A stretch of 64,000 nucleotides of DNA from Candidatus Zixiibacteriota bacterium (lineage in GTDB: Bacteria > Electryoneota > B3-LCP). Position numbers and translations under genes: made by a program. Below, in pieces: positions 1-8,873 of the stretch (position 1 is the first letter of the stretch; every line of letters begins with the position of its first letter). The stretch lies in contig QZKQ01000056.1 of assembly GCA_003599535.1 (NCBI GenBank), positions 6,124-70,123 of the forward strand. Direction: 5' to 3'. The notes under the pieces are model-generated. The model was not told where the DNA came from and ran no database searches. It saw only the letters and a program-made list of their open reading frames with translations.

Positions 1-135
1 GGGGGCAAGCCGCATTTCCTGATCGAAGACCGGCTGGATGACCGGGAATGGCTGACAGGGCTTATTCGCCTCGCCTGGCAGGAGACGCCGATGCCGAAAC
101 CGAAGCCGGAGAAGAGCCGTAAAAGGGTAAAATAG
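1..135 (+). CDS. 3' end of TfoX/Sxy N-terminal-domain family protein (partial)
   Basis: Frame 1 reads GGKPHFLIEDRLDDREWLTGLIRLAWQETPMPKPKPEKSRKRVK*, resembling the C-terminal half of small TfoX_N proteins. Confidence 0.65.
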   Translation, partial: GGKPHFLIEDRLDDREWLTGLIRLAWQETPMPKPKPEKSRKRVK

Positions 136-196
136 TCCTTGCCGAACCGGTATCGAAGTGAATGTGTCGGATGGCATTTTTTTTTGGAGAGATGGT

Positions 197-877
197 ATGA
201 CAAGACCGACATCGCCGGCGGTGAAAACCTTCGGTTTCTGGTCCGCTGTGCTGGCCACCGTGTTCAGCCTCACGTACATCGTTGGTCAATTGGCAGAGTG
301 GTTGGGTTGGTTGGGATCCGCGGGAGGGCCGGAGAGCGCCAGCACGCCTTTGGGGCTTGTCGTGCTCCTGACCCCTTCGCTATTCCTGGGGCCGTCATTT
401 CTGGTGCTCGTGCTGAGCATCCACCAACTGTCGTCTCCTGATCGAAAGATCTGGAGCCATACAGCGGTGGCGTTTGCCACGGCTTACGCGGTCCTGATTT
501 GCCTCAACTATTACGTTCAGCTCACCTTGGTGGCGCCCCGGATCGCCGCGGGTCGGGTAGAAGGAATCGAGCCGTTCCTGTTCACTCCATTCGATTCATT
601 CCTTTACTCCGTGGATCTTCTTGGGTACAGCTTCATGAGCGTGGCTACACTGTTCGCCGCCGGGGTATTCACCGGCAGGGGCATCGAAAGAGTCGCGCGC
701 ATCTTCCTGATCGCCAATGGATTATTGCTCCCGTTTCTGGCGCTGCAGATCTACTTCCATTGGATGATCTGGATCGCGGCGCTGTGGGCCGTGACCTTCC
801 CCGGGTCAACATGGACCCTGGCTCTCATCTTCAAGCGCGCCACGGCGACAGGATCAGGTCGCGGCACGGCGGGATGA
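197..877 (+). CDS. Multi-pass membrane protein, function unknown
   Basis: ORF with about 6 hydrophobic segments; ATG at 197 follows GGAG. Confidence 0.75.
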   Translation: MTRPTSPAVKTFGFWSAVLATVFSLTYIVGQLAEWLGWLGSAGGPESASTPLGLVVLLTPSLFLGPSFLVLVLSIHQLSSPDRKIWSHTAVAFATAYAVLICLNYYVQLTLVAPRIAAGRVEGIEPFLFTPFDSFLYSVDLLGYSFMSVATLFAAGVFTGRGIERVARIFLIANGLLLPFLALQIYFHWMIWIAALWAVTFPGSTWTLALIFKRATATGSGRGTAG

Positions 878-1092
878 CCGGACTGAGGACAAAACAGACC
901 ATTGTCGGAATTTCCATCCAAGCCCATGGAGCCATCCGGAGGCTTTTGGTTTGCCCTCTGCCGGGTTCCGCCGGTATATCGGCGGCCTTCCGGCTCACGG
1001 GAGGAATTGCGCTTCGTATCACATGCAGCCGCAGCTTCAGGAGAAATGCTGTCGGCTGCCGTAGCCAAATCCATTCTCGAAGGAGTCTGAAC

Positions 1093-1617
1093 ATGAAGAC
1101 ACCGTTGCTCTGGATTTCTCTTCTGGTCATCGCCGCCGGAATGATGGTCGTAAACGGGCAGGAAGGAACGCCGCCCGGAATGCCGCCCATGCAGACGCCG
1201 CAGATCCCGGGTATCACCACCGCGGACCAGTTCCCCCAGGCCTGCGTGGACTGCCACCTTAATTACACCGAGATGAACATGGACGTGCGCCTGAGCACGA
1301 TCATGAAGGGCATGTCCGAAAAGGTGGATCCGGAATTGCTGAAGAAATTGCAGCCGACCGCCCCGGAAGGCGTCACCTTGAAAGGCAAACACCCCGAACT
1401 CGGCCCAGAGGCTTTCAACAACATCCCCGCATCCTGCCGGACCTGCCACAGCCCGAACTCCAAGACGGCTCCACCCGCGAAGCAGATGACCCACGTCATC
1501 CACCTGACAGGGGAAGAGAATATTTTCCTGGGCATGTTCGGCGGGGAGTGCACCCACTGCCATAAGCTGGACAAGACCACCGGCCTGTGGTCCATCCCCA
1601 GCGCGGCGGAGAAGTAG
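1093..1617 (+). CDS. Exported triheme c-type cytochrome
   Basis: Signal peptide MKTPLLWISLLVIAAG; three CXXCH motifs (CVDCH, CRTCH, CTHCH); AAGGAG upstream. Confidence 0.85.
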   Translation: MKTPLLWISLLVIAAGMMVVNGQEGTPPGMPPMQTPQIPGITTADQFPQACVDCHLNYTEMNMDVRLSTIMKGMSEKVDPELLKKLQPTAPEGVTLKGKHPELGPEAFNNIPASCRTCHSPNSKTAPPAKQMTHVIHLTGEENIFLGMFGGECTHCHKLDKTTGLWSIPSAAEK

Positions 1618-1642
1618 ACTGGCTATTGCGAAGATTACTGAT

Positions 1643-1677
1643 ATGAAATCCCCCGGAATCCCCCGGGGGCTTTTCAT
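1643..1677 (+). terminator. Intrinsic terminator
   Basis: CCCCCGG/CCGGGGG hairpin followed by TTTT after the cytochrome gene. Confidence 0.7.
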
Positions 1678-1700
1678 TTGCCAAATCCCCCCAAAACCGC

Positions 1701-1729
1701 TTGACTGGAGGCCATTCTCGGGATATATT
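1701..1729 (+). promoter_or_regulatory. Sigma70-type promoter
   Basis: TTGACT-N17-TATATT upstream of 1764. Confidence 0.7.
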
Positions 1730-1763
1730 GGTTGTCAGAAGTGGAAGATAACCGGAGCCCGAC

Positions 1764-2609
1764 ATGGAGCCTGAAATATATCGGAAGCGCGCGCTGCGCA
1801 CCACCAGGACATTCCTGACCAAGGGAACCTGTTCGCAGACGCTGCTGGCCGTCTTAAACCGTGCCTACGGGCACCCCCTGCCCGTCGAAGAGGCGGCTTC
1901 CGACCCGCTGGCGGGAGGCCTGGTCCAATACGGCTACCAGTGCGGCCAGGTCTGGGGGGCGGCGCTGGCGGCCGGAGCCCAGGCGCACCGCTTGTTCGGC
2001 GCCGGCCCGGAAGCTGAAACCCGGGCCCTCATCGCCGCGCAGGGGATCGCGGCCGCGTTCCAGGCGCAGACCGGGCACCTGAACTGCCTGGAAATCACGG
2101 ATATCAGCCGGTCGTCATCCGGGCTGCGGATGTTCGCCTACTTTTTCCTGAAGGGCGGGGTCGTCGGCTGCTTCCGCATGGCCTCGCGGTTCGCTCCGGC
2201 GGCCTATGGCGCGATCGAAGCCGCCTTCGCCGCCGATCCCGGAGAAACGCCGATCCTGCCGGTCAGTTGCGCCGCCCTGACGGCCCGCCGGTTGGGCGGC
2301 TCCGACCTGCATGCCGTCATGGCGGCGGGGTTGGCCGGAGGCATCGGCCTGAGCGGGGGCGCCTGCGGGGCCTTGGGGGGCGCCATGTGGATCGCAGGGA
2401 TGCGCCAGTTCCAGAAAGCCGGCAAGCTGGCCTACAAGGACCCCGCCGTGGTGCGGGTCATGGAAAGATTCCAGACCTGCTCCGGCTATGAATTTGAATG
2501 CGCCAAAATCGCCGGCCGGAAATTCGCCGGCCCCGCCGACCATGCCGCGTACCTATGCGAAGGGGGCTGCGCGAATATCATAAACGCGTTAAGCTCTGAA
2601 GGTAAATAA
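1764..2609 (+). CDS. Tandem C-GCAxxG-C-C family putative redox protein
   Basis: Two repeats of the Cys pattern (TCSQ..QCGQVWG..LNCLE..GC; SCAA..ACGALGG..FECAK..GCA). Confidence 0.75.
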   Translation: MEPEIYRKRALRTTRTFLTKGTCSQTLLAVLNRAYGHPLPVEEAASDPLAGGLVQYGYQCGQVWGAALAAGAQAHRLFGAGPEAETRALIAAQGIAAAFQAQTGHLNCLEITDISRSSSGLRMFAYFFLKGGVVGCFRMASRFAPAAYGAIEAAFAADPGETPILPVSCAALTARRLGGSDLHAVMAAGLAGGIGLSGGACGALGGAMWIAGMRQFQKAGKLAYKDPAVVRVMERFQTCSGYEFECAKIAGRKFAGPADHAAYLCEGGCANIINALSSEGK

Positions 2610-2611
2610 CC

Positions 2612-3001
2612 ATGCCCCTCCGCATCATCCGCCTCGGCACGCCGCGTATCAAAGATGAGGGCCTGCGCCTGGGCACGGTCCGCCGGCCGCCCCGGGGCGT
2701 GCCCAAAGCGCAGTTCGCGGCGCAGAACTGGTACGACGTCTGGTTCCCCACCCTGGCTCCCAGCGCCGAGACCGTGAAGCTCGGGCTGACGGCCCAAACC
2801 GAAGCCCAGTGGAGGGCCTACGCCCGCAAGTATAAGTCCGAGATGGCTCGGCCGGACGCCGCCCACGCCCTGGACCTGCTGGCCGCCCTGTCCCATACGG
2901 CCAACTTCTCCCTGGGCTGCTACTGCGAAGACGAGAGCCGTTGCCACCGCTCCATTCTGCGGGAACTGCTGATGGAACGGGGCGCCCGGATAGAGCGATA
3001 A
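2612..3001 (+). CDS. DUF488 (YeaO-like) protein
   Basis: RRPPRGVPK, LAPSAE and CYCEDESRCHRSILR motifs. Confidence 0.85.
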   Translation: MPLRIIRLGTPRIKDEGLRLGTVRRPPRGVPKAQFAAQNWYDVWFPTLAPSAETVKLGLTAQTEAQWRAYARKYKSEMARPDAAHALDLLAALSHTANFSLGCYCEDESRCHRSILRELLMERGARIER

Positions 3002-3022
3002 CGAGGTAAAGGCACGTGGGAA

Positions 3023-3592
3023 ATGGATATCGCCCTTAGTCTCATCGCCGGCATCTGCCTGGCGGCCGCGACCGGCTTCCGAGTGTTCGTTCCCCTGCTG
3101 GGGATGAGCATCGCGGTGCTGGCCGGCTGGATGACGCCCTCCCCCGGGTTCGAGTGGGTCGGTTCCGGACCGGCGCTGATCGCCTTCGCCACGGCCACTG
3201 CCGTCGAAATCGGGGCGTATTACATCCCCTGGCTGGATAATGCCCTGGACGCCGTGACCACGCCCCTGGCGGTCGCTGCCGGCGTGATGGCGGCCGCCGC
3301 GCTGATCGGCGATACTTCACCGCTGCTGAAATGGGTGTTGGCTATCATCGCGGGAGGCGGCGTATCCGGCATCGTCCAGGGCGGCACCGTGGCCTTGCGC
3401 GCCGCCTCCACCGGCGGCACGGGCGGGTTGACCAACCCGTTGATATCCACGCTGGAGCTGACCGGAGCCGTCATCATCACCATTCTCGCCATTGCATTAC
3501 CGGTCCTGGGTCTGGCCCTCGTCGTCTGGATCTGCTACAGGATGATCGCGTTCATGGGCAAAGCACCGCCGTTCAGGAAGCGGTCAACGTAA
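3023..3592 (+). CDS. DUF4126 family membrane protein
   Basis: LAAATGFRVFVPLL, EIGAYYIPWLDNALD and GGLTNPLISTLE motifs. Confidence 0.85.
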   Translation: MDIALSLIAGICLAAATGFRVFVPLLGMSIAVLAGWMTPSPGFEWVGSGPALIAFATATAVEIGAYYIPWLDNALDAVTTPLAVAAGVMAAAALIGDTSPLLKWVLAIIAGGGVSGIVQGGTVALRAASTGGTGGLTNPLISTLELTGAVIITILAIALPVLGLALVVWICYRMIAFMGKAPPFRKRST

Positions 3593-3656
3593 AAGCCAAA
3601 TCACGACCCATTCGCCGCCATGGAAGAGAAAGCGGGGTAACCGGGTCAGTTGTTTT

Positions 3657-3690
3657 AAAAGCTCCCTGAACTACTTTAGGGAGCTTTTTT
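3657..3690 (+). terminator. Intrinsic, possibly bidirectional terminator
   Basis: AAAAGCTCCCT...AGGGAGCTTTTTT. Confidence 0.75.
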
Positions 3691-3864
3691 ATATTTATGA
3701 AAGTTATCGCATAATGAGTGAATATCACTTGACAAACGCATGCGTCATTATGTAATTTGATAATGCATGAGCGGGTCGCTGGGTAAGGGCGGCCCATCTC
3801 TGTTTGGGGGATTCACATTTCATCGAACGGCGCAAATAACGACTATACATACTTGGAGGTAGCG

Positions 3865-5700
3865 ATGAAAAATTGCTCCCCTTTATTAATCCTGGCCGCA
3901 TTGTGCCTGGACAGCCTTGCGGCCTTAGCCCAGCCGCCGGACACGCTTTGGACCCGATTCTACGGTCAACAGACTGAAAGCGAATTTTATTCCATAGCAA
4001 ATTGCGAACCGTATCGGACAGGTTATGTTTTGGGAGGCTACCTGCGTAGCGGCGCGTGGGATGGCTATATTTGGGTCGTCAAAATTGACTGCGACGGAGA
4101 TATCGAATGGGAGTTCGTCCGGACAATGCCCAGTTATTTTTCCGCATGCAGACAGGTGTTGCCCGTAGCGGATGGATATATTATTGTGGGCACAAGTGAC
4201 TATGGGGTCGGAAGTACCGATGGATACATAGGGAAGTTGAATCTAAGTGGTAATCTCCTTTGGGAGACGATATACACTACTACAATAGATAGTCTTGTTT
4301 TTAATTGCGTCACCGAAAGTCACACGGCAGGCTATACGGTTGGTGGTTATTATCGCGATTGGATAACTCCTGAATGGCACCTGGACGGTATCATGCATCA
4401 AGTCGCTGCCAATGGGGATAGCCTTTGGTCAACCATTTATGGTGCGCCCGGTTGGTATCACGAATTCCGGTCCATTCAAAAATCCACTGGCAACGGCTAT
4501 ATACTGGCAGGTGATATGGGATTTGGCGGACCGGCGAATATGCTGCTGGTGAAGATGGACATAAACGGCAATGTGTTATGGGATCAAGTTTACATCGTCA
4601 CCGACTACCAGTCGGCCAAGTCGGTCAAGCAAACGGCAGAAGGCGGGTACATTATGGCCGGTGATGCCAGGCCCGCTGGAAGTTCGTCGAATGCCTTCGT
4701 GGTGAAAACCGATTCTCTGGGTGAATTCGTATGGTGGCATGAATACAACAGCTACAGCGTGTGGAATGATATATGTGTGGAAATTACCCAGACGCCAGAG
4801 GGCGGCTATTTTCTGGCATGTAATGCCGATTCGGCGGACCTGGGCGGTTTCTATGCCGTGAAAATTGATGGCAATGGAGCGCAGCAATGGGACAGCCTGT
4901 ACACTTTTACTCCTTCGGATGTATGTAATGCCGGTATTCCCGCTAGTCCCTGGGGCAGCGGTTATATCATGGCCGGATCCGGTGAAAACAGCATTGGTTT
5001 AAAATCGGGTTACGTCGTGCGCCTGGGCAACGGATCCCAGATGGAGATGACCATCATCCCGGAGTACCCCCAGATCATCATCCCCCCCGGCGGCGGCAGC
5101 TTTAATTTCCAGATCTCCCTGACCAACCACGGCCAGACGGCCCAGTTGTTCGACGTCTGGACCGCCGGCATCAAGCCCAACGGGCAAACCACCGCGCCCA
5201 AGCTGGGCCCGATCTACAACTGCCAACTGGGGCCGGGCATGACCTGGACCAGCACCTTAAAGACGCAGAACGTTCCCGGGGCCGCCCCCCCGGGCACCTA
5301 TCAGTACGCCGGCTTTCTGGGGGATTACCCCGATACCGTGTACTCCAGCAACAGCTTCCCCGTGATCAAGATGGGCAGCGGATCGGATCAGTCTGGGGAT
5401 GATTGGGATCTTGCTGGGGCGGAGGCTGCGGTTCCCCCGGACAACTACAGCCTGGAAGTACACCCCAACCCCTTCAATGCTACAGCGCAGATCCGCTTCG
5501 CCCTGCCGCAGGAGGGCTGGACCCGGGTGGCGGTGTACGACGTCAACGGCCGGGAAGTGGCCCGCCTGTGGGACCGCTGGACGCCGCAGGGGTACTTCAC
5601 CGTCCCCTGGGAAGCATCAAATCTGCCCAGCGGCATCTACTTCGCCCGGCTGACCACCGGCGGACACAGCCAGTCGCTGAAACTGCTGCTGGTGAAGTAG
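3865..5700 (+). CDS. Secreted beta-propeller protein with Ig-like module and FlgD/T9SS-A-like C-terminal domain
   Basis: Signal peptide; repeated 'VKxDxxGxxxW' blades; C-terminal HPNPFNA...SGIYFARL...KLLLVK; GGAGG RBS. Confidence 0.85.
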   Translation: MKNCSPLLILAALCLDSLAALAQPPDTLWTRFYGQQTESEFYSIANCEPYRTGYVLGGYLRSGAWDGYIWVVKIDCDGDIEWEFVRTMPSYFSACRQVLPVADGYIIVGTSDYGVGSTDGYIGKLNLSGNLLWETIYTTTIDSLVFNCVTESHTAGYTVGGYYRDWITPEWHLDGIMHQVAANGDSLWSTIYGAPGWYHEFRSIQKSTGNGYILAGDMGFGGPANMLLVKMDINGNVLWDQVYIVTDYQSAKSVKQTAEGGYIMAGDARPAGSSSNAFVVKTDSLGEFVWWHEYNSYSVWNDICVEITQTPEGGYFLACNADSADLGGFYAVKIDGNGAQQWDSLYTFTPSDVCNAGIPASPWGSGYIMAGSGENSIGLKSGYVVRLGNGSQMEMTIIPEYPQIIIPPGGGSFNFQISLTNHGQTAQLFDVWTAGIKPNGQTTAPKLGPIYNCQLGPGMTWTSTLKTQNVPGAAPPGTYQYAGFLGDYPDTVYSSNSFPVIKMGSGSDQSGDDWDLAGAEAAVPPDNYSLEVHPNPFNATAQIRFALPQEGWTRVAVYDVNGREVARLWDRWTPQGYFTVPWEASNLPSGIYFARLTTGGHSQSLKLLLVK

Positions 5701-5728
5701 CAGAGCAATCGCTCGGGTGTTTTCTTTG

Positions 5729-5754
5729 AAGCCCTCCTGGATGGAGGGCTTTTC
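5729..5754 (+). terminator. Intrinsic terminator
   Basis: AAGCCCTCC-tggat-GGAGGGCTTTT. Confidence 0.75.
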
Positions 5755-5779
5755 TATTTGCAAAATGAAAGCAAATACC

Positions 5780-5808
5780 TTGACAATAATTGAACTTTTG
5801 AGTATATT
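5780..5808 (+). promoter_or_regulatory. Sigma70-type promoter
   Basis: TTGACA-N17-TATATT. Confidence 0.75.
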
Positions 5809-5876
5809 GACCAGCAGTGTGATCGGGGAAGCCGGATCCGTTCGGATCAATCCGTTCCGAAAGGAGGAGAAGAGCC

Positions 5877-6161
5877 ATGAGCCGTCCCTCCGTAGCGCAG
5901 GCGGCCTCGCGCCTCTGCTTTGGCCTGGCCGTCATCGGCCTGCTGTTCGCCCTGTGGGGGGGGTGCCAGTGGTACCAGGCCGGTACGCAGGCGGACGAGG
6001 CCCTCCCGGTTCTGGGGGCGCTGACAGAATATCACCGGGATATGCGGGTGGTGGGGGCGCAGATTACGTTGATAATCGGCGCCGGCGTCATGATCACGGC
6101 GGGGAGTGTGGCCTGGTTCGCCCGGGGAAAAGCAAAGAGAGCAGCGAATCATGAACCGTGA
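5877..6161 (+). CDS. Small two-TM membrane protein
   Basis: AGGAGGAG RBS; two hydrophobic helices; overlaps next gene. Confidence 0.65.
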   Translation: MSRPSVAQAASRLCFGLAVIGLLFALWGGCQWYQAGTQADEALPVLGALTEYHRDMRVVGAQITLIIGAGVMITAGSVAWFARGKAKRAANHEP

Positions 6162-7098
6162 TGCGAGGTCCCGTAGCAACGGGAAACGTCCTGTTCGCGG
6201 CTCCACAACGAGGCGTCCCACCGCCCGGATAGTGGCCGCTGCCGCGCTGTCCGCGCTCCTGCTTATTGCTTTCTCTGCTGCGGCCGGGCCGCCGGCCGAA
6301 ACAACCGGCCCCGATTTCCTGCTCGAGCGGGGTCCCAAGGCGCAGATTCTGTACCTGGGAGTGTTTCATTTCGATTATCCCGGGCTGGACGTCCATCAAT
6401 CGGCCCACCAGGTGGACGTGATGGCTCCGCAGCGCCAGCGGGAGATCGCAGAGTTGGTGGAGCTGCTGGCTCGGTACCGGCCCACCCGGATCGCGGTGGA
6501 GGCCACCCCGGACCGCCAGCCGTTCCTCGATTCGCTCTACCGAGAATTCCACGCCGGCCGGTGGGATCCGGCGCGCAACGAAATTTACCAGCTCGGCTTC
6601 CGGCTGGCCCGGCGCCTGGGCCACGCCAAAGTGTACGCCGTGGATGCGGAACGGCATCCGTTCTTCGTGGACCTGGCCCGGGAGCAGCTGGAGCCGCGGG
6701 CGGAAGAACTGTTCGCTACGGACCGGGAATGGCGGGAGCGCTTCGACCGGTGGCGCAGCTACGAAGATTCGACCGCGGCCGAGCGCGGGGAAACCCTGCG
6801 CCGGATGTTCCTGCAGATGAATTCGCCCCTTCAGATCAACCGCGCCCATTTGAGTTACTCCGTGGGCTTCTTCAAATTCGATGGAGAAGAGGGCGGTTAC
6901 CTGGGCGCGGATTTCGTCTCAGGCTGGTACAACCGCAACCTGCGCATTTTTCGCAACCTGCAGCGCATCACGGAATCTCCCGGGGACCGGATTCTGTTCC
7001 TGGTGGGATCGGGGCATCTCCCTCTCCTGCACTTCATCACGCAGCATTCCCCCGAGTACGATCTGGTCGAAGTGGCCGATTACCTGGGGCAGGAGTGA
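6151..7098 (+). CDS. DUF5694 family exported protein
   Basis: LGVFHFDYPGLD, EIYQLGFRLA, WYNRNLRIFRNL, GSGH motifs; N-terminal signal/anchor. Confidence 0.75.
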   Translation: MNRDARSRSNGKRPVRGSTTRRPTARIVAAAALSALLLIAFSAAAGPPAETTGPDFLLERGPKAQILYLGVFHFDYPGLDVHQSAHQVDVMAPQRQREIAELVELLARYRPTRIAVEATPDRQPFLDSLYREFHAGRWDPARNEIYQLGFRLARRLGHAKVYAVDAERHPFFVDLAREQLEPRAEELFATDREWRERFDRWRSYEDSTAAERGETLRRMFLQMNSPLQINRAHLSYSVGFFKFDGEEGGYLGADFVSGWYNRNLRIFRNLQRITESPGDRILFLVGSGHLPLLHFITQHSPEYDLVEVADYLGQE

Positions 7099-7246
7099 TT
7101 TTCGCACTCATCCCGGGACGATGGCCATGGACTTGGTGAGCGGATGGCCGCCCGTCCCGCCCGCCGCACTGGCGAACCCCGGTACAGGCCTCGAACGGCC
7201 GCTTGTTTCCATTGGAGCTGGAGTATTTTTATGGTGAGGAGGAATT

Positions 7247-8188
7247 ATGTTGACGCCCGAGCAAATGGTCAGCCTGCAGGCTGAAAGGCATTCCCTGGTA
7301 TTAGACGATCATATTCGCACGGAAGAAGAGTACGTGCTGCACCTGATTCATACCGCCGCCTATGCCCACGCCGCCCGCCTGGTCGAGGGGAAAAGGGTGC
7401 TGGACCTGGGGTGTAACACCGGCTACGGGTCGCAGATCCTGGCGCGGTCCGCCGCCCGGGTCACGGGAGTGGACGTGTCCGGCAAGGCTATCGCGCTGGC
7501 CCGGAAGCGTTACGCCGGACCCGGAATCGCTTTCCACGTGATTGACGGGATGCACTTGCCCTTCGAGGGCAGCGAGTTCGAGGTGGTGGTCAGCTTTCAG
7601 GTCATCGAGCACATCGCGGATCATGCCCGATACCTGGGCGAGCTGCGCCGGGTCCTGGCGCCCGAGGGCTTGGCAGTTTTTACCACGCCCAATGCCCGGC
7701 TGCGGCTGGCCCCCGGCATGAAGCCGTGGAACGAATTCCACGTCCGCGAATTCGATCATGCCGAGCTCGCGGAGCTGCTGGTCGGCTACTTCCCGCACGT
7801 GGAAGTCTACGGCTTGTTCGCTCCGGAGCCGGTCTACGCCCTGGAAGCCGGCCGCCTGCAACGGGCGCGGGAGACGGCCCAGAAGGCTCAGATGCGCGGC
7901 GCCGCCGGATCCCGTCTCCAGGCCTGGAAAGCCGGAATCAAACGCCTCCTGCCCGCCGCGGCCCTGGCCCAGATCCATCGGGCGCGACGGCGCTTCGTGG
8001 TCCGCTCCGCCGGCAGTCTGGAGGCTTTCCGCGCGGCCTACGGGGTGGAGGCGCTGTTCTACCGGGAGGACAGCCTGGAGGCGGCGCTGGACCTGATGGC
8101 CGTATGCGGCGACAGTGAAGCGGCGCTGCGTCAGGCCCGGGAACGGCTGGCGGTGGAAACGGAATTGGATGAACGATTGCAGGCATAA
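7247..8188 (+). CDS. Class I SAM-dependent methyltransferase
   Basis: VLDLGCNTGYG, SFQVIEH, TTPN...NEFHVRE motifs. Confidence 0.9.
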   Translation: MLTPEQMVSLQAERHSLVLDDHIRTEEEYVLHLIHTAAYAHAARLVEGKRVLDLGCNTGYGSQILARSAARVTGVDVSGKAIALARKRYAGPGIAFHVIDGMHLPFEGSEFEVVVSFQVIEHIADHARYLGELRRVLAPEGLAVFTTPNARLRLAPGMKPWNEFHVREFDHAELAELLVGYFPHVEVYGLFAPEPVYALEAGRLQRARETAQKAQMRGAAGSRLQAWKAGIKRLLPAAALAQIHRARRRFVVRSAGSLEAFRAAYGVEALFYREDSLEAALDLMAVCGDSEAALRQARERLAVETELDERLQA

Positions 8189-8203
8189 CCAGGAGAAAGA
8201 AAC

Positions 8204-8704
8204 ATGGCAGAGACATCCCCATCCCAGGTGCTGGCCACGGTGCTGGATAACACCCGCGCCTTGACCCTGTTTTACCTCCATCACGCGGAAGATGTGGATC
8301 GCGCCCGGAACTTCACCGTCGGCGGCTTTAAAACCAACAGCATCGAGTGGATTGTGGCTCACCTGGCCTGGGCCGAAGACTTTCTCATTCTCCGCGGCGT
8401 CGGCAACCAGGGGTTGGACGTTCCCTGGTTCGAACGTTTCGCGTTGGGAGCGGAGCAGGCCGACGCGTCCGCCTATCCGCCGTTCGCCGAGGCGGTCGAA
8501 ATTTTGCACCGGGTGCACCAGCGATCCCTCGAGCTGCTGAAGACCTTGCCCGAGGCCGTCCTGGACCATGCCAACCATGTCGGGCTGGAATTCGGCGCCG
8601 GCAACAGCAATCGCATTGTCATCCAGCACTGCATCCGGCATGAGGGCGCCCATGCCGGGCACCTGGGCTGGCTGCTGCGCATGCACGGGAAGAAGGTGAT
8701 CTGA
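8204..8704 (+). CDS. DinB family protein
   Basis: NSIEWIVAHLA and HEGAHAGHL His motifs. Confidence 0.85.
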   Translation: MAETSPSQVLATVLDNTRALTLFYLHHAEDVDRARNFTVGGFKTNSIEWIVAHLAWAEDFLILRGVGNQGLDVPWFERFALGAEQADASAYPPFAEAVEILHRVHQRSLELLKTLPEAVLDHANHVGLEFGAGNSNRIVIQHCIRHEGAHAGHLGWLLRMHGKKVI

Positions 8705-8726
8705 AAATTGGGAAGATCGGACATTA

Positions 8727-8867
8727 GAGCCTATCCGAATAACTCTCACCCAGGTGTCATTCCCGCAAGCGAAATGCAGTGAAGCGCGTCGGGAATCGGA
8801 CGGGATGAGGCGATTGCGAACGCGGGTGAAAACCCTTGCCGGTATGACCGGTTATTCGGATAGGTTC
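8727..8867. mobile_element. 141-bp MITE with 17-bp terminal inverted repeats and TTA target-site duplication
   Basis: GAGCCTATCCGAATAAC (8727-8743) and GTTATTCGGATAGGTTC (8851-8867) match 16/17; TTA at 8724-8726 and 8868-8870. Confidence 0.75.
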
Positions 8868-8873
8868 TTAGCC

